This document shows positions 36,099 through 44,701 of a stretch of DNA of 64,000 bases, piece after piece (the stretch's first letter is position 1; each line of letters begins with the position of its first letter). The DNA lies in sequence record MW812342.1; one strand, 5' to 3'. Below the pieces are notes generated by a model. It worked only from the letters and a program-made list of their open reading frames with translations. It searched no databases and had not been told where the DNA came from. The position numbers and the translations under genes were made by a program.

Positions 36099-36130
36099 AC
36101 AACAGCAATCTATATTTTTAGGATAACATC

Positions 36131-36703
36131 ATGCTACAAATGCACAGCTATTTTGATACAGCTGAATTGGAACGTCTGCAACGTGAAGGAAAACTTCCCG
36201 TCGGACTATCACTGGGCAGTATTCAGAAATGCATGAGCAACGGGGACGGGGTATTACTGGTATTCCGTTGTGCGCGATCATGGGACGTGAAAGCTGCCCT
36301 TGTCTCGTTGCCCATCGGCGAAACCAAAAATACCCGCAAGGTGCTGACGGCGTTTTGCTCCGTCTACGAACTGCCATCTGAGGCATTTTATCACCACCTT
36401 GAATCCAATCACTTTGCCAGCGCCGAAGTTCACATCCCATCCTCAGCCTGTCTGACCGATGACTTCCCAGAGTGGGTGGTCTATCGCCATGTACGACAAG
36501 CACCCGGTGTGCCTGATGAAATGCGTATACTCGTGCCGGGGTTGGTTGATGAAGCATTGGCCAAGCTGGATGACAACGATCGTCCAGAACGCATGGAAAT
36601 CTTTGTGGCCCGTAAAGCCATCAAGGATGTCGGTAACAACATGCGTGGGTTAATCAAGCGCGGCTTTATCTCGCGCAAGTTCATTTACCAGCTCACGCAA
36701 TAG
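36131..36703 (+). CDS. Hypothetical protein
   Basis: 190 aa, SD AGGA. Confidence 0.6.
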   Translation: MLQMHSYFDTAELERLQREGKLPVGLSLGSIQKCMSNGDGVLLVFRCARSWDVKAALVSLPIGETKNTRKVLTAFCSVYELPSEAFYHHLESNHFASAEVHIPSSACLTDDFPEWVVYRHVRQAPGVPDEMRILVPGLVDEALAKLDDNDRPERMEIFVARKAIKDVGNNMRGLIKRGFISRKFIYQLTQ

Positions 36704-36709
36704 AAATAA

Positions 36710-36736
36710 TCTCAGATATATATTACCTAGGTGAGA
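36710..36736 (+). promoter_or_regulatory. Early (virion RNAP) promoter
   Basis: TCTCAGATATATATTACCTAGGTGAGA. Confidence 0.75.
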
Positions 36737-36791
36737 GTTAGCTATTAACTCTTGCCTTTCTTTTGTTTTACCATTTACAAGGATTAACATC

Positions 36792-37256
36792 GTGGATATT
36801 TCAACAGTTATTGCTGTGCGTCGAGTGCTGGTCAATCGCAACAAAGTCATTGCGCACTTTGAAAGCTTCAAAGATAAGCTGGGCGAATTGTGGAAAGCAG
36901 TTCGTGAAGCCAATGGTGACAAAGAGCAGTTGAACGCAGACTCTCAGGTAGTGGTGTTCGCCACGAACCTGCCGATGTCTGTCCGGGTCGCGGTCATGGA
37001 CAAGTTCTGCAACTGGGCCGACCTGCGGGCGCGTGACGTCCTCGGTCAGCTCGAACTGAAAGACAACGATGTTGAAATCGAAACCTACGTGCAGTGTGCC
37101 GTAGAGCGTGTCGGCGACAGCACCTTCATCAAGTTCACCGAAGAGTTGAGCGGTATCGAGCGCCGCATTGAAATCACCTATTACGAACTGGCGGGAATGA
37201 TCGCAGGCGGGTACAACTTCAGCGAAGATGCTCGTCTCTTCTTTACCGTCCGCTGA
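36792..37256 (+). CDS. Hypothetical early protein
   Basis: 154 aa, GTG start with SD AAGGA. Confidence 0.6.
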   Translation: MDISTVIAVRRVLVNRNKVIAHFESFKDKLGELWKAVREANGDKEQLNADSQVVVFATNLPMSVRVAVMDKFCNWADLRARDVLGQLELKDNDVEIETYVQCAVERVGDSTFIKFTEELSGIERRIEITYYELAGMIAGGYNFSEDARLFFTVR

Positions 37257-37262
37257 TTCCTT

Positions 37263-37285
37263 GTGGTGACCCTTGGGGTCACCGC
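37263..37285 (+). terminator. Hairpin/terminator
   Basis: GTGGTGACCC-TTG-GGGTCACCGC. Confidence 0.55.
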
Positions 37286-37314
37286 ATCCTTAACTTTTTT
37301 AAGAGAATAAAAAA

Positions 37315-37698
37315 ATGCGCAAGCTCCTCTCGACTATCGCGGTTGTATGTTTTGTACTGGCAGGACTGTCTAAAGTGGTGGAAGCGAACGATACTACGTT
37401 CGACAAATTTAAACCGGCAGACGATACCTATCCGATGGCTCCCGATGAACACGCCGAGTTGCTTCGATTTCAAGGAGACATCTACGTGTACAAACTGGTG
37501 GGTGCAGATGGTAGCTGCCATGGAGTGGCCCTTGCAAATGGTCATACCCGCTTCTACCAGCGCCTCGAAGATATCGGGTGTGACCCAAATATCGACCATG
37601 TGTCCTTTGCCCCTTCTGAACTAGAAGGTTATCAGACGTTGAACTTCTACAGTAAAACCGTCGCGGTTGGGCGGATCACAATTAAAGCTCAGGAGTAA
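37315..37698 (+). CDS. Secreted/periplasmic protein
   Basis: Signal-like N-terminus MRKLLSTIAVVCFVLAGLSKVVEA (A-X-A-like site VEA); two Cys in the mature part. Confidence 0.6.
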   Translation: MRKLLSTIAVVCFVLAGLSKVVEANDTTFDKFKPADDTYPMAPDEHAELLRFQGDIYVYKLVGADGSCHGVALANGHTRFYQRLEDIGCDPNIDHVSFAPSELEGYQTLNFYSKTVAVGRITIKAQE

Positions 37699-37702
37699 TA
37701 TC

Positions 37703-38104
37703 ATGAAAGTTATCCTTACGCTGTTGGTTGCAACCCTGTTTAGTTTTGCCAATTTGTCTTACGCGAACACCAAACCTCGGTATCCCGACCACATCACTTA
37801 CGAAAAGACCAAGGTCTCTTTCTGGTGTCAGCGTGAGGATATCAAAGCCGGTGATTGCGACGTGGTCTCCATGACCCCGGATGAAGAATGGGTGTCCGTC
37901 ACCGGCACTCCGGGCACTGCATGTGAAGATACCCCAATCGGTATCGTGAACATGCGTACGGGCAAAGCACGCGATATCGATTATGACGGTGGGTGCAAAA
38001 CCCAGACCCGTCCGCAGTTTGTACAGATGGCTGATGGCAAGATAGGCTTGCAGGTCGTCGATGTTAAAGCCAATTGGGCAATCACCACTGTTCCCCTGAA
38101 CTAA
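37703..38104 (+). CDS. Secreted/periplasmic protein with 4 Cys
   Basis: Start ATG 37703 (SD AGGAG); signal MKVILTLLVATLFSFANLSYA. Confidence 0.65.
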   Translation: MKVILTLLVATLFSFANLSYANTKPRYPDHITYEKTKVSFWCQREDIKAGDCDVVSMTPDEEWVSVTGTPGTACEDTPIGIVNMRTGKARDIDYDGGCKTQTRPQFVQMADGKIGLQVVDVKANWAITTVPLN

Positions 38105-38114
38105 GGAAAGTCAC

Positions 38115-38504
38115 ATGCGTCACGCAGTTGCAGTTATCTCTGGTTTCGTTTTCGCGTTAGCCGTTTCGCTTACCCCTACCGCTTCCGCGTCAACGGACAT
38201 CGGTGCTATCTTGCAGGAGATTCAGTATCAGTACAACCCGCCGGATTTCGGCGTGTGTGAGAAGGGTACCGTGGCGTGTAAAGAAGTCGGCAAGAAGGAC
38301 GAGTTTATTCTCGTCCATGCTGACGGTGGCACCCAATGTCCTGCTGGATATTACTTCATCCTGAATTCCAAAGAGGGAATCATTGAGCCGGTCATCGCAC
38401 CGACCTGTGACCCTTCTTTGAAAATTGGTTTCGCACACAGCAGTCGTGCCATTGAACTCGCCTTGTTTGGTAAAGTCTCAGGCACTGTTCCGCTCGACCG
38501 CTAA
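38115..38504 (+). CDS. Secreted/periplasmic protein with 4 Cys (paralog of 37703)
   Basis: Signal MRHAVAVISGFVFALAVSLTPTASA; Cys spacing similar to ORF 37703. Confidence 0.65.
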   Translation: MRHAVAVISGFVFALAVSLTPTASASTDIGAILQEIQYQYNPPDFGVCEKGTVACKEVGKKDEFILVHADGGTQCPAGYYFILNSKEGIIEPVIAPTCDPSLKIGFAHSSRAIELALFGKVSGTVPLDR

Positions 38505-38588
38505 CGGTTTGGCCCTGTAACGTTTTCCCCCTAAGATGTTATCCTGGTTGCAGGGTCCTTTTTATTCTTGACTATCGAGGTTTATATC

Positions 38589-39134
38589 ATGATTACTTCC
38601 ATTACCACAGCCGTTAATACCGCCCGTCGTTACTTCGAAGTGAAAACTGCATACAACATCGACCGGTTCCGTTTCCAGTCGATGGTTTCAACCGCCCACA
38701 AACTGCTCACCCTGTCGGATGCGATTCGCCGTGATGGGGATGAGCAGGCGGTGGCGTTGGCAGAAAGTATCAGCCATCACTGGTTTACCAAAACGTTGGG
38801 GTCTAGCTTGTTTGCTGAACACAAGGAAGTCTTCCTTGCGGTGCAGTCGTGGATTTATGCGTCCGGCCATCAGTTTGACGTGTCGCAAAACCAATACGCC
38901 ACCGATGAGTATTGCCAATACATTCTGGTCTTACCACCTGCCACATCGACGCCAAAGATTTTGAATCTGACCAATTCGGAAATGGCGTTACCGGACTTCG
39001 TGCGCTCGGAAATGCACAAAAAGGCAAACGGTGTGCTGCAAATTGGCAAACGTCGTTTACCTATCTTTGATTTTACTCGCCGTGAGTGTGGACCGTCGTA
39101 CAATGTCGTGAGCGGATATTGGCCGACTGTCTAA
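38589..39134 (+). CDS. Hypothetical protein
   Basis: ATG 38589 follows the GACTATCGAGG leader motif. Confidence 0.6.
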   Translation: MITSITTAVNTARRYFEVKTAYNIDRFRFQSMVSTAHKLLTLSDAIRRDGDEQAVALAESISHHWFTKTLGSSLFAEHKEVFLAVQSWIYASGHQFDVSQNQYATDEYCQYILVLPPATSTPKILNLTNSEMALPDFVRSEMHKKANGVLQIGKRRLPIFDFTRRECGPSYNVVSGYWPTV

Positions 39135-39139
39135 GTCGC

Positions 39140-39173
39140 AGAGGGTGGGGGCTATTGCCCACCCTCTTTTTTT
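39140..39173 (+). terminator. Intrinsic terminator
   Basis: AGAGGGTGGG...CCCACCCTCT followed by a T-run. Confidence 0.8.
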
Positions 39174-39191
39174 GCCCAAAAAGGAACCACT

Positions 39192-39767
39192 ATGTTTGAC
39201 CAACAACTGTTAACTGCATTGCGTGTACTGGAAATTCAAGAGTCCCTGAAGAACGGCACCAGTGCGTTTATGATGGGGTGTCCAAAGGAGACCTTTGACA
39301 TATTCCGTCAACATCCAACCCTTGGCCCGTGGATGGAAAAGACGTTTCCTCACACACTGGCGGCCATTGATGCGTACTTCGAAGAACCCGAAGAAGAACG
39401 CAACATGCACGAAGATCCGTTCCGCTACCTGACCAACAACGAAATGCCGGTGCGTGTTATGTTGGTGTCAAACACCGACAGTACGATTACATGCGAGTTC
39501 CCGGATTGGGGCAACGGTAAATCCCGCGCGGTGGTGATTCGTAATCCCGATGGCTATCAGCCTGTGGGTGCGCCGGGAACCCTTTACACTTTCCAGAACC
39601 CCTCCTCGCCGTACATCGTTCCGGTCTTCTTGGGTGACAAGGCCCCCCTCTATACCCACGACCTCGCGATCATGATGACTCAGGTTACACTGGAACTGTT
39701 ACAGTCCGAAGAAGGTGTGGCGTGGAGTAACATTTTGGCAGAGCGTTCAAAAGACGCACAAGCCTGA
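39192..39767 (+). CDS. Hypothetical protein
   Basis: 191 aa, SD AAGGA. Confidence 0.62.
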   Translation: MFDQQLLTALRVLEIQESLKNGTSAFMMGCPKETFDIFRQHPTLGPWMEKTFPHTLAAIDAYFEEPEEERNMHEDPFRYLTNNEMPVRVMLVSNTDSTITCEFPDWGNGKSRAVVIRNPDGYQPVGAPGTLYTFQNPSSPYIVPVFLGDKAPLYTHDLAIMMTQVTLELLQSEEGVAWSNILAERSKDAQA

Positions 39768-39770
39768 TAC

Positions 39771-39800
39771 GGTGGCCCTCGGGCCACCTCTTTTAATTTT
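39771..39800 (+). terminator. Intrinsic terminator
   Basis: GGTGGCCC-TC-GGGCCACC followed by a T-rich run. Confidence 0.65.
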
Positions 39801-39857
39801 TTTACGTGAGTATTAGTGATTATGAAAGAACTACAACTAATTCATTAGGACCTCACG

Positions 39858-42371
39858 ATGCTGAAGGTTGAGCGCATTATTCTAAAAGGTTTTACGGGCA
39901 TGGGATTGCACGAAATCGAAACCTTTGATTTCACTCTCATGTCCGAAGTGACCATTATCTTAGGGGGTAATGGCTGCGGAAAAACAAGTCTGTTGAATGT
40001 CTTCTTCCCGATAGCCCCACCGAAAACCGATTTTATCGACGGGGGGATGTATACCAATATCGCCCTGTGTGGTGATGACCGTTACGAATTTAAAGTGAAG
40101 CGTGACGGAAACAGTCTGGTTTGTTTTATCAAAAATCTGACCAAAGATTTGGTGGTGTTGGATCACGCCAATGCCAAAGTGTATAACTCCCGTGTTTACG
40201 AACTGACCGGAATAGATAAAGAAGTCAAAGAACTCATCAACGGCGAGTCGTTATTAACGAACGGGAATACTGAACAACGTCGCAAATGGTTCACACGCAT
40301 GTCCACATCGGACTTGAGCTACGCACTGGACTTCTACAAGAAGTTGCGTAAGCAAGCCAGTCTGATGAACGGGGCAATTGACCACACGGCGAAAAAGATA
40401 GCGGATTTGCAAGTGCGTGTCCTGCACGACGATGAAGAACGCAAACTGCTTAGCGCTCGTCTGGTGGAGATGGAGGCAGAACTCCGTCAGCTCGACGACG
40501 CTATCGCTATCCTTCCAAACTTTGACGGGTCATCCAACAAAGAGAAAATCGTTGCGTTCTTAAAAAGTCTGGAAAGTCAGGTCGCCAAGGTGTTGAACGA
40601 GCGCACCCTGCCTACGGATTTGGAAATCAGTGTGGCAGAACAGACCCTCTCCGTGTGGAAAGAGTCTGCGGCATCGGCCGATGCCACGACCGACGCGTAC
40701 AGCCGCGAGCTGTCCATTCTGATGGATGAGGCAACCCGTCAGGAATACCTGATGAAAAATCACAGCGGCCTCAAGGAGACGATGGAAACCCAATCGGCAG
40801 CATTGAACGAAATGGTTAAGCATGTCACCGCTTGGCCTGATCTGATTGCCGAGGGGTCTATCACCACGCAAATGCTGTTAAACGCACAGAACGACCTCTC
40901 TCAGTGGTCTTACTCGTTATCCGGGTCGTTAGATGAAATCATTCACCCGTCCCGTTTACGAGAGGCTGAGGGCCGTTTAACGGAGCATGACGCTATCTCT
41001 GCACAACTGCGTGAGCAACTCCAGCGGGCGGAGAATGTGTTGCGGGGGTTAGAGCATGACCGGACACATTTTCTCGATACGCAGGAAGTCGCCTGTCCCC
41101 GTTGTACGCATGTCTTTCGTCCGGGTGTCAATGACAGCTTAGAGAATATCGAAGCGGCCATTAGGCGCGAAGTCAGTGTGTGTAACGCACTGCGGGAAAA
41201 GATTGCGGTACACCAGTCCGCGCGCGGTGACATTGAAACGGATGTGATGGCAAAACGCCGCATCCGTGACATCATCATGACGTATACGAAAGACCCGGTT
41301 GTGGGGTTGTTCTTCAAGCGGTTGATTGAAGAAGAAGTCTTTACCGTGAACCGCGACCGTTATGCAATGTTGTCTGTTCAGTTCTTCGACGAGTTGAAGT
41401 GGGCGATTGAATACCGTCGGGTATTTGAAGACCTGATGAAGTCCAAGAAGGATTGGGATGAGGCAGTAAACGCGGTGGGGAATATCGACGGGGCGCTGAA
41501 CTCGAAGATTGACCGTATTCGAGCGCTGTTAGCAGAGTCCTCTCAGAAGCGCTCAGACGCGCAACGCGAGGTTGTGAAATGGCGTGAAGAGTTACACCGT
41601 TTGAATGATGTGCGCACGACAGTGGAGTTCCTGAGCCGCGCTTTTACGGTTCTGGACACCATGATAGAAACCTCAACCACCAACGTGATGGTAAGCTGCT
41701 TACAAACCAAGCGACAATCGTTACTGGATACGTACTCTGTGGCCCGTGACCGTTTCCGTCAAATGGACAGTGAGCTGAACGTGCTGGCGTCGTTGGAGGC
41801 TGAGCAGAAAGAACTGCAACACCGGCAGAAAAACATTCGTCTCATGATTACCGCGTGGTCACCAGAGAAGGGTGTATTGAAAAAGTACATCTACAACTCG
41901 GTCGTGCGTATCACGGAGATGATGAACCGTTATATCGGGGCAGTGTGGCAATACCCGATGAACGTTTTGCCGTGTGATGTCAGTGAAGGCGATTTGGATT
42001 ACACGTTCCCGTACACGCTAAAAAACAACCCAGAGCCTGTGGTGGATGTCATTAAAGGCTCCAAAGCACAGAAAAACATCTTTAACCTGAGCTACCGCTT
42101 AACCGCCTACAAAGGACTGAACTTACGTCAGTATCCTTTGCTATTGGACGAGCCGTCAGAAGGGATGGATGAAGAACACAAGCAAGCACTCGTGGCCTTT
42201 ATCAAGATGTTGGCTGAATCGGGGGAATTCTCTCAGGTCATCGTGGTCTCTCACGAACCCGAGGTGCATTCCAAGTTGAACGAAGCGACGTACTGTGTTG
42301 TCGAACCAACGGGTGTGACGTTACCCCCGGTTTACAACGTGGGCGTGAAAATCAAATACGCAGGTCAGTAA
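39858..42371 (+). CDS. sbcC: SbcC/Rad50-like SMC ATPase
   Basis: Walker A GGNGCGKTS, coiled coils, zinc hook CPRC, signature-like GSKAQK, Walker B/D-loop LLLDEPSEGMD and H-loop VSHE. Confidence 0.88.
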   Translation: MLKVERIILKGFTGMGLHEIETFDFTLMSEVTIILGGNGCGKTSLLNVFFPIAPPKTDFIDGGMYTNIALCGDDRYEFKVKRDGNSLVCFIKNLTKDLVVLDHANAKVYNSRVYELTGIDKEVKELINGESLLTNGNTEQRRKWFTRMSTSDLSYALDFYKKLRKQASLMNGAIDHTAKKIADLQVRVLHDDEERKLLSARLVEMEAELRQLDDAIAILPNFDGSSNKEKIVAFLKSLESQVAKVLNERTLPTDLEISVAEQTLSVWKESAASADATTDAYSRELSILMDEATRQEYLMKNHSGLKETMETQSAALNEMVKHVTAWPDLIAEGSITTQMLLNAQNDLSQWSYSLSGSLDEIIHPSRLREAEGRLTEHDAISAQLREQLQRAENVLRGLEHDRTHFLDTQEVACPRCTHVFRPGVNDSLENIEAAIRREVSVCNALREKIAVHQSARGDIETDVMAKRRIRDIIMTYTKDPVVGLFFKRLIEEEVFTVNRDRYAMLSVQFFDELKWAIEYRRVFEDLMKSKKDWDEAVNAVGNIDGALNSKIDRIRALLAESSQKRSDAQREVVKWREELHRLNDVRTTVEFLSRAFTVLDTMIETSTTNVMVSCLQTKRQSLLDTYSVARDRFRQMDSELNVLASLEAEQKELQHRQKNIRLMITAWSPEKGVLKKYIYNSVVRITEMMNRYIGAVWQYPMNVLPCDVSEGDLDYTFPYTLKNNPEPVVDVIKGSKAQKNIFNLSYRLTAYKGLNLRQYPLLLDEPSEGMDEEHKQALVAFIKMLAESGEFSQVIVVSHEPEVHSKLNEATYCVVEPTGVTLPPVYNVGVKIKYAGQ

Positions 42372-42544
42372 TGTACAATGCAGCGGTATCGATAGTAGGT
42401 TGGGTTCTGACGGTGTTGTACATCGTCTTTGGGGCAGGGTGGGCGGTCGGTATCGCGACCGCTTCGCTGTTCATGATTGCATGGCCAATGCCGTTGCGGT
42501 TTGCTAAGCGGGTAAAAGCAAAATACAAAGGAGATAAGCCGTGA
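42371..42544 (+). CDS. 57-aa membrane microprotein (not in ORF track)
   Basis: MYNAAVSIVGWVLTVLYIVFGAGWAVGIATASLFMIAWPMPLRFAKRVKAKYKGDKP*; TAATG overlap with sbcC. Confidence 0.55.
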   Translation: MYNAAVSIVGWVLTVLYIVFGAGWAVGIATASLFMIAWPMPLRFAKRVKAKYKGDKP

Positions 42545-42648
42545 TGTTCGATGTGGTGTTTACGTTTGGTTGTTTGTATCTTGTTGCACGTTCGCTGAAC
42601 TGGGTGTTGAAACGTGCTAAATTTAAAGGAGCCTACGATGAAGTCTAG
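42544..42648 (+). CDS. 34-aa membrane microprotein (not in ORF track)
   Basis: MFDVVFTFGCLYLVARSLNWVLKRAKFKGAYDEV*; TGATG overlap; SD AAGGAG. Confidence 0.5.
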   Translation: MFDVVFTFGCLYLVARSLNWVLKRAKFKGAYDEV

Positions 42649-42835
42649 AAAACCAATGTGTGAATGCACCATTACGTGGTGGGATGCTTTGGGTGTTATC
42701 GGGACGTTGCTGATAGTCCTTTTTTTGAAGTGGGATTGGTTCGTCATCGCCATCGTCGCACTTGAAACGTTTGTACTGGGTATGCGCTTCGGCCGTAACC
42801 CGGCGTATTTTAAACCGCTGCTGTTCTGGCGGTAA
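42638..42835 (+). CDS. 65-aa two-TM membrane protein
   Basis: ATG 42638 with SD AAGGAG; two hydrophobic stretches. Confidence 0.6.
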   Translation: MKSRKPMCECTITWWDALGVIGTLLIVLFLKWDWFVIAIVALETFVLGMRFGRNPAYFKPLLFWR

Positions 42836-42840
42836 CTATA

Positions 42841-42948
42841 ATGACTAAGATCTTCAAGGGTCTACTTTGCACCATCCTTTGTTTCGTTACTGGTACAAGC
42901 GCATTTGCCTTTGGGGCGGTGTATTCCTTGTGCATGGGATTGTTCTGA
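42841..42948 (+). CDS. 35-aa hydrophobic microprotein (not in ORF track)
   Basis: MTKIFKGLLCTILCFVTGTSAFAFGAVYSLCMGLF*, 5 nt after the previous stop. Confidence 0.4.
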   Translation: MTKIFKGLLCTILCFVTGTSAFAFGAVYSLCMGLF

Positions 42949-42962
42949 TATAGGACCAATTC

Positions 42963-43214
42963 ATGAATAAAGAAAATCCATCTGAGAAAGATGACCTCGA
43001 TGATAGGGTGCGGAAGATAGTAGTAATCGGTCTGGGGATGACCGGTTTTTCTACTGCACGCTCCATTGACGATTTCGCTCAGGAAGTAAAATTAGAGAAT
43101 GTGAAGTTGGAGCGGCGTTTTGGTGAAGACTGGCGGGGAAACCAGATGAGCCATAAACGGCATGTGGGGAAACATGCCGCAAAAACGCGACTTTGGAAAA
43201 GTCAACGACGATAA
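42963..43214 (+). CDS. Hypothetical protein with an isolated GxGxxG loop and basic tail
   Basis: 83 aa; KIVVIGLGMTGFSTA; SD AGGA. Confidence 0.55.
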   Translation: MNKENPSEKDDLDDRVRKIVVIGLGMTGFSTARSIDDFAQEVKLENVKLERRFGEDWRGNQMSHKRHVGKHAAKTRLWKSQRR

Positions 43215-43289
43215 TAGCAACCATGCTATGCGTACTACGCAACCGATTTCACTAACCGTCTTTTAGGCGGTCTCACTCAGGATAATAAG

Positions 43290-43775
43290 ATGATTGAAGC
43301 AGCGATTCTTAAAGACTCGACTGAGCTGACATTAGATCAGCAGAAACAGTTGTTAGGTTTACATTATGCATTTTTGAATTATCAACGTAGCGTTTTAGGC
43401 GTCAAGATTGACGTGCCTGAGCTGGCCATTGCCACGCTGTTCCGAGGTAACCGCATTGCGGTTGCGCTTGTTGCGGGTCGTGTGGTGGGCTACTGCATTT
43501 ACCGGGTCATTTCCGGGGTGCTAAAACTGCGTACGCTCTTTGTGGCCGAAGAATACCGTCGTTCCGGTATGATGTCTGCCCTCATTGAGTTGATTAGCGC
43601 GCGTGAGGTCTATGCCAATGCACAGCTGACCGTGCATCAAAAATGCCGACCTGCGCACAATCTCTTTACACGTCTCGGGTACGTGGCCAGTGAGTTAGAT
43701 GGCTGGTTAAACCTGTTCTTTGATAAACACGCCAGTTTGGCCAATAACAAGACCACACAATCAGCCGTTGTTTAA
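43290..43775 (+). CDS. GNAT-family acetyltransferase
   Basis: VVGYC...L.TLFVAEEYRRSGM (motif A), L.V...N/C.PA.NLF..LGY (motif B). Confidence 0.8.
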   Translation: MIEAAILKDSTELTLDQQKQLLGLHYAFLNYQRSVLGVKIDVPELAIATLFRGNRIAVALVAGRVVGYCIYRVISGVLKLRTLFVAEEYRRSGMMSALIELISAREVYANAQLTVHQKCRPAHNLFTRLGYVASELDGWLNLFFDKHASLANNKTTQSAVV

Positions 43776-43780
43776 AACTG

Positions 43781-43838
43781 TAGCTCTCCTTACGAATCAC
43801 CTCACTATGAGTGAAGTGTTTTTACGTGAGGAGAGCTA
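43781..43838 (+). promoter_or_regulatory. SD-sequestering RNA hairpin with an apical TATG late-promoter motif
   Basis: The 14-bp stem TAGCTCTCCTTACG/CGTGAGGAGAGCTA (one G-U) covers the GAGGAG of ORF 43842. An inner TCAC-TATG-AGTGA hairpin sits at the apex. Confidence 0.6.
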
Positions 43839-43841
43839 TTT

Positions 43842-44174
43842 ATGTTAAACCCTAAAATTTCTTTTATCCCGGAAGTCGTCTGTGCGCAAGAATACGCACG
43901 GGTGGTTCCCTTCTTAAAGGACACACTTATGGCTGAGCCAAAGCATGTGAATGTGGGAACGATTGGTCATGTTGATCATTCACGTTCCGGTATCTCGGCG
44001 TGCATTTCTGGTGCGCTGGGTACGTTACCTAAAACCACGACTCTCTGGGACGTGGTTCGTGTCAAACCACAACAACCGCTGAATGTCATGAATGCGAGCG
44101 TGTTGGAGTTGGTTGAGGACGCACTGCTCAATGGCAAAGATGTTTACGTTGCCAAAGTCCATCCAAAGGTGTGA
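43842..44174 (+). CDS. Small protein containing an EF-Tu G1/P-loop-like segment
   Basis: PKHVNVGTIGHVDHSRSG versus EF-Tu KPHVNVGTIGHVDHGKT. Confidence 0.65.
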   Translation: MLNPKISFIPEVVCAQEYARVVPFLKDTLMAEPKHVNVGTIGHVDHSRSGISACISGALGTLPKTTTLWDVVRVKPQQPLNVMNASVLELVEDALLNGKDVYVAKVHPKV

Positions 44175-44689
44175 CCGTGAGTCAGGTTGACATCTACGGT
44201 GAGGAGCACACGGTAGATGAACGCAATCGGGTAGAGTGGGCAATACTCGATAACCATCGTCACAAACCATACCAGTTCCTGCTGTGTGAGGAGTTGGGGC
44301 CGTATGCATGGCACACACCCAAAGACATCAAGCAAGCCATCAAAGACCGCATGTGGAGTATTTCGCCGCGTGGGTTGGAGCTGGCCTTGAAGCTCGGCGT
44401 ACCGGCCATCGGTATTGACCTTTGGGATGACGATGTTTATGCCCAAGATATCAAAGATAGAAACGGCTTTGCGGTCAATGTAAGCCGGAGTTTCTTCTTA
44501 CGTGAAACCAAAATGGTTGACACGATAGAGGAGTACCGACAGAAAGGTCGGTTGGCCGTCATGTTAGGTGACGCGCATTTACGTACCGTTGCGACAAAAG
44601 AGTTGGGTGAACCTTCTCTGGTGTGGCAGCGGTTTCGAAAAGACAAGCAAGTGGTTATCTACCGTAGCCCTTGCAAAGAAATTGACTAA
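44171..44689 (+). CDS. EreA/ChaN/TIKI-like fold protein (putative metal-dependent hydrolase)
   Basis: Ordered motifs YGEEH, LLCEE, GID, RE..M and LGDAH. Confidence 0.5.
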   Translation: MTVSQVDIYGEEHTVDERNRVEWAILDNHRHKPYQFLLCEELGPYAWHTPKDIKQAIKDRMWSISPRGLELALKLGVPAIGIDLWDDDVYAQDIKDRNGFAVNVSRSFFLRETKMVDTIEEYRQKGRLAVMLGDAHLRTVATKELGEPSLVWQRFRKDKQVVIYRSPCKEID

Positions 44690-44701
44690 GGATAACAGGC
44701 C

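Noticed and set aside
39858-42371. sbcC without an adjacent sbcD
   Set aside because: Separated SbcC and SbcD genes are usual in phiKZ-like phages; the partner may lie outside the window.
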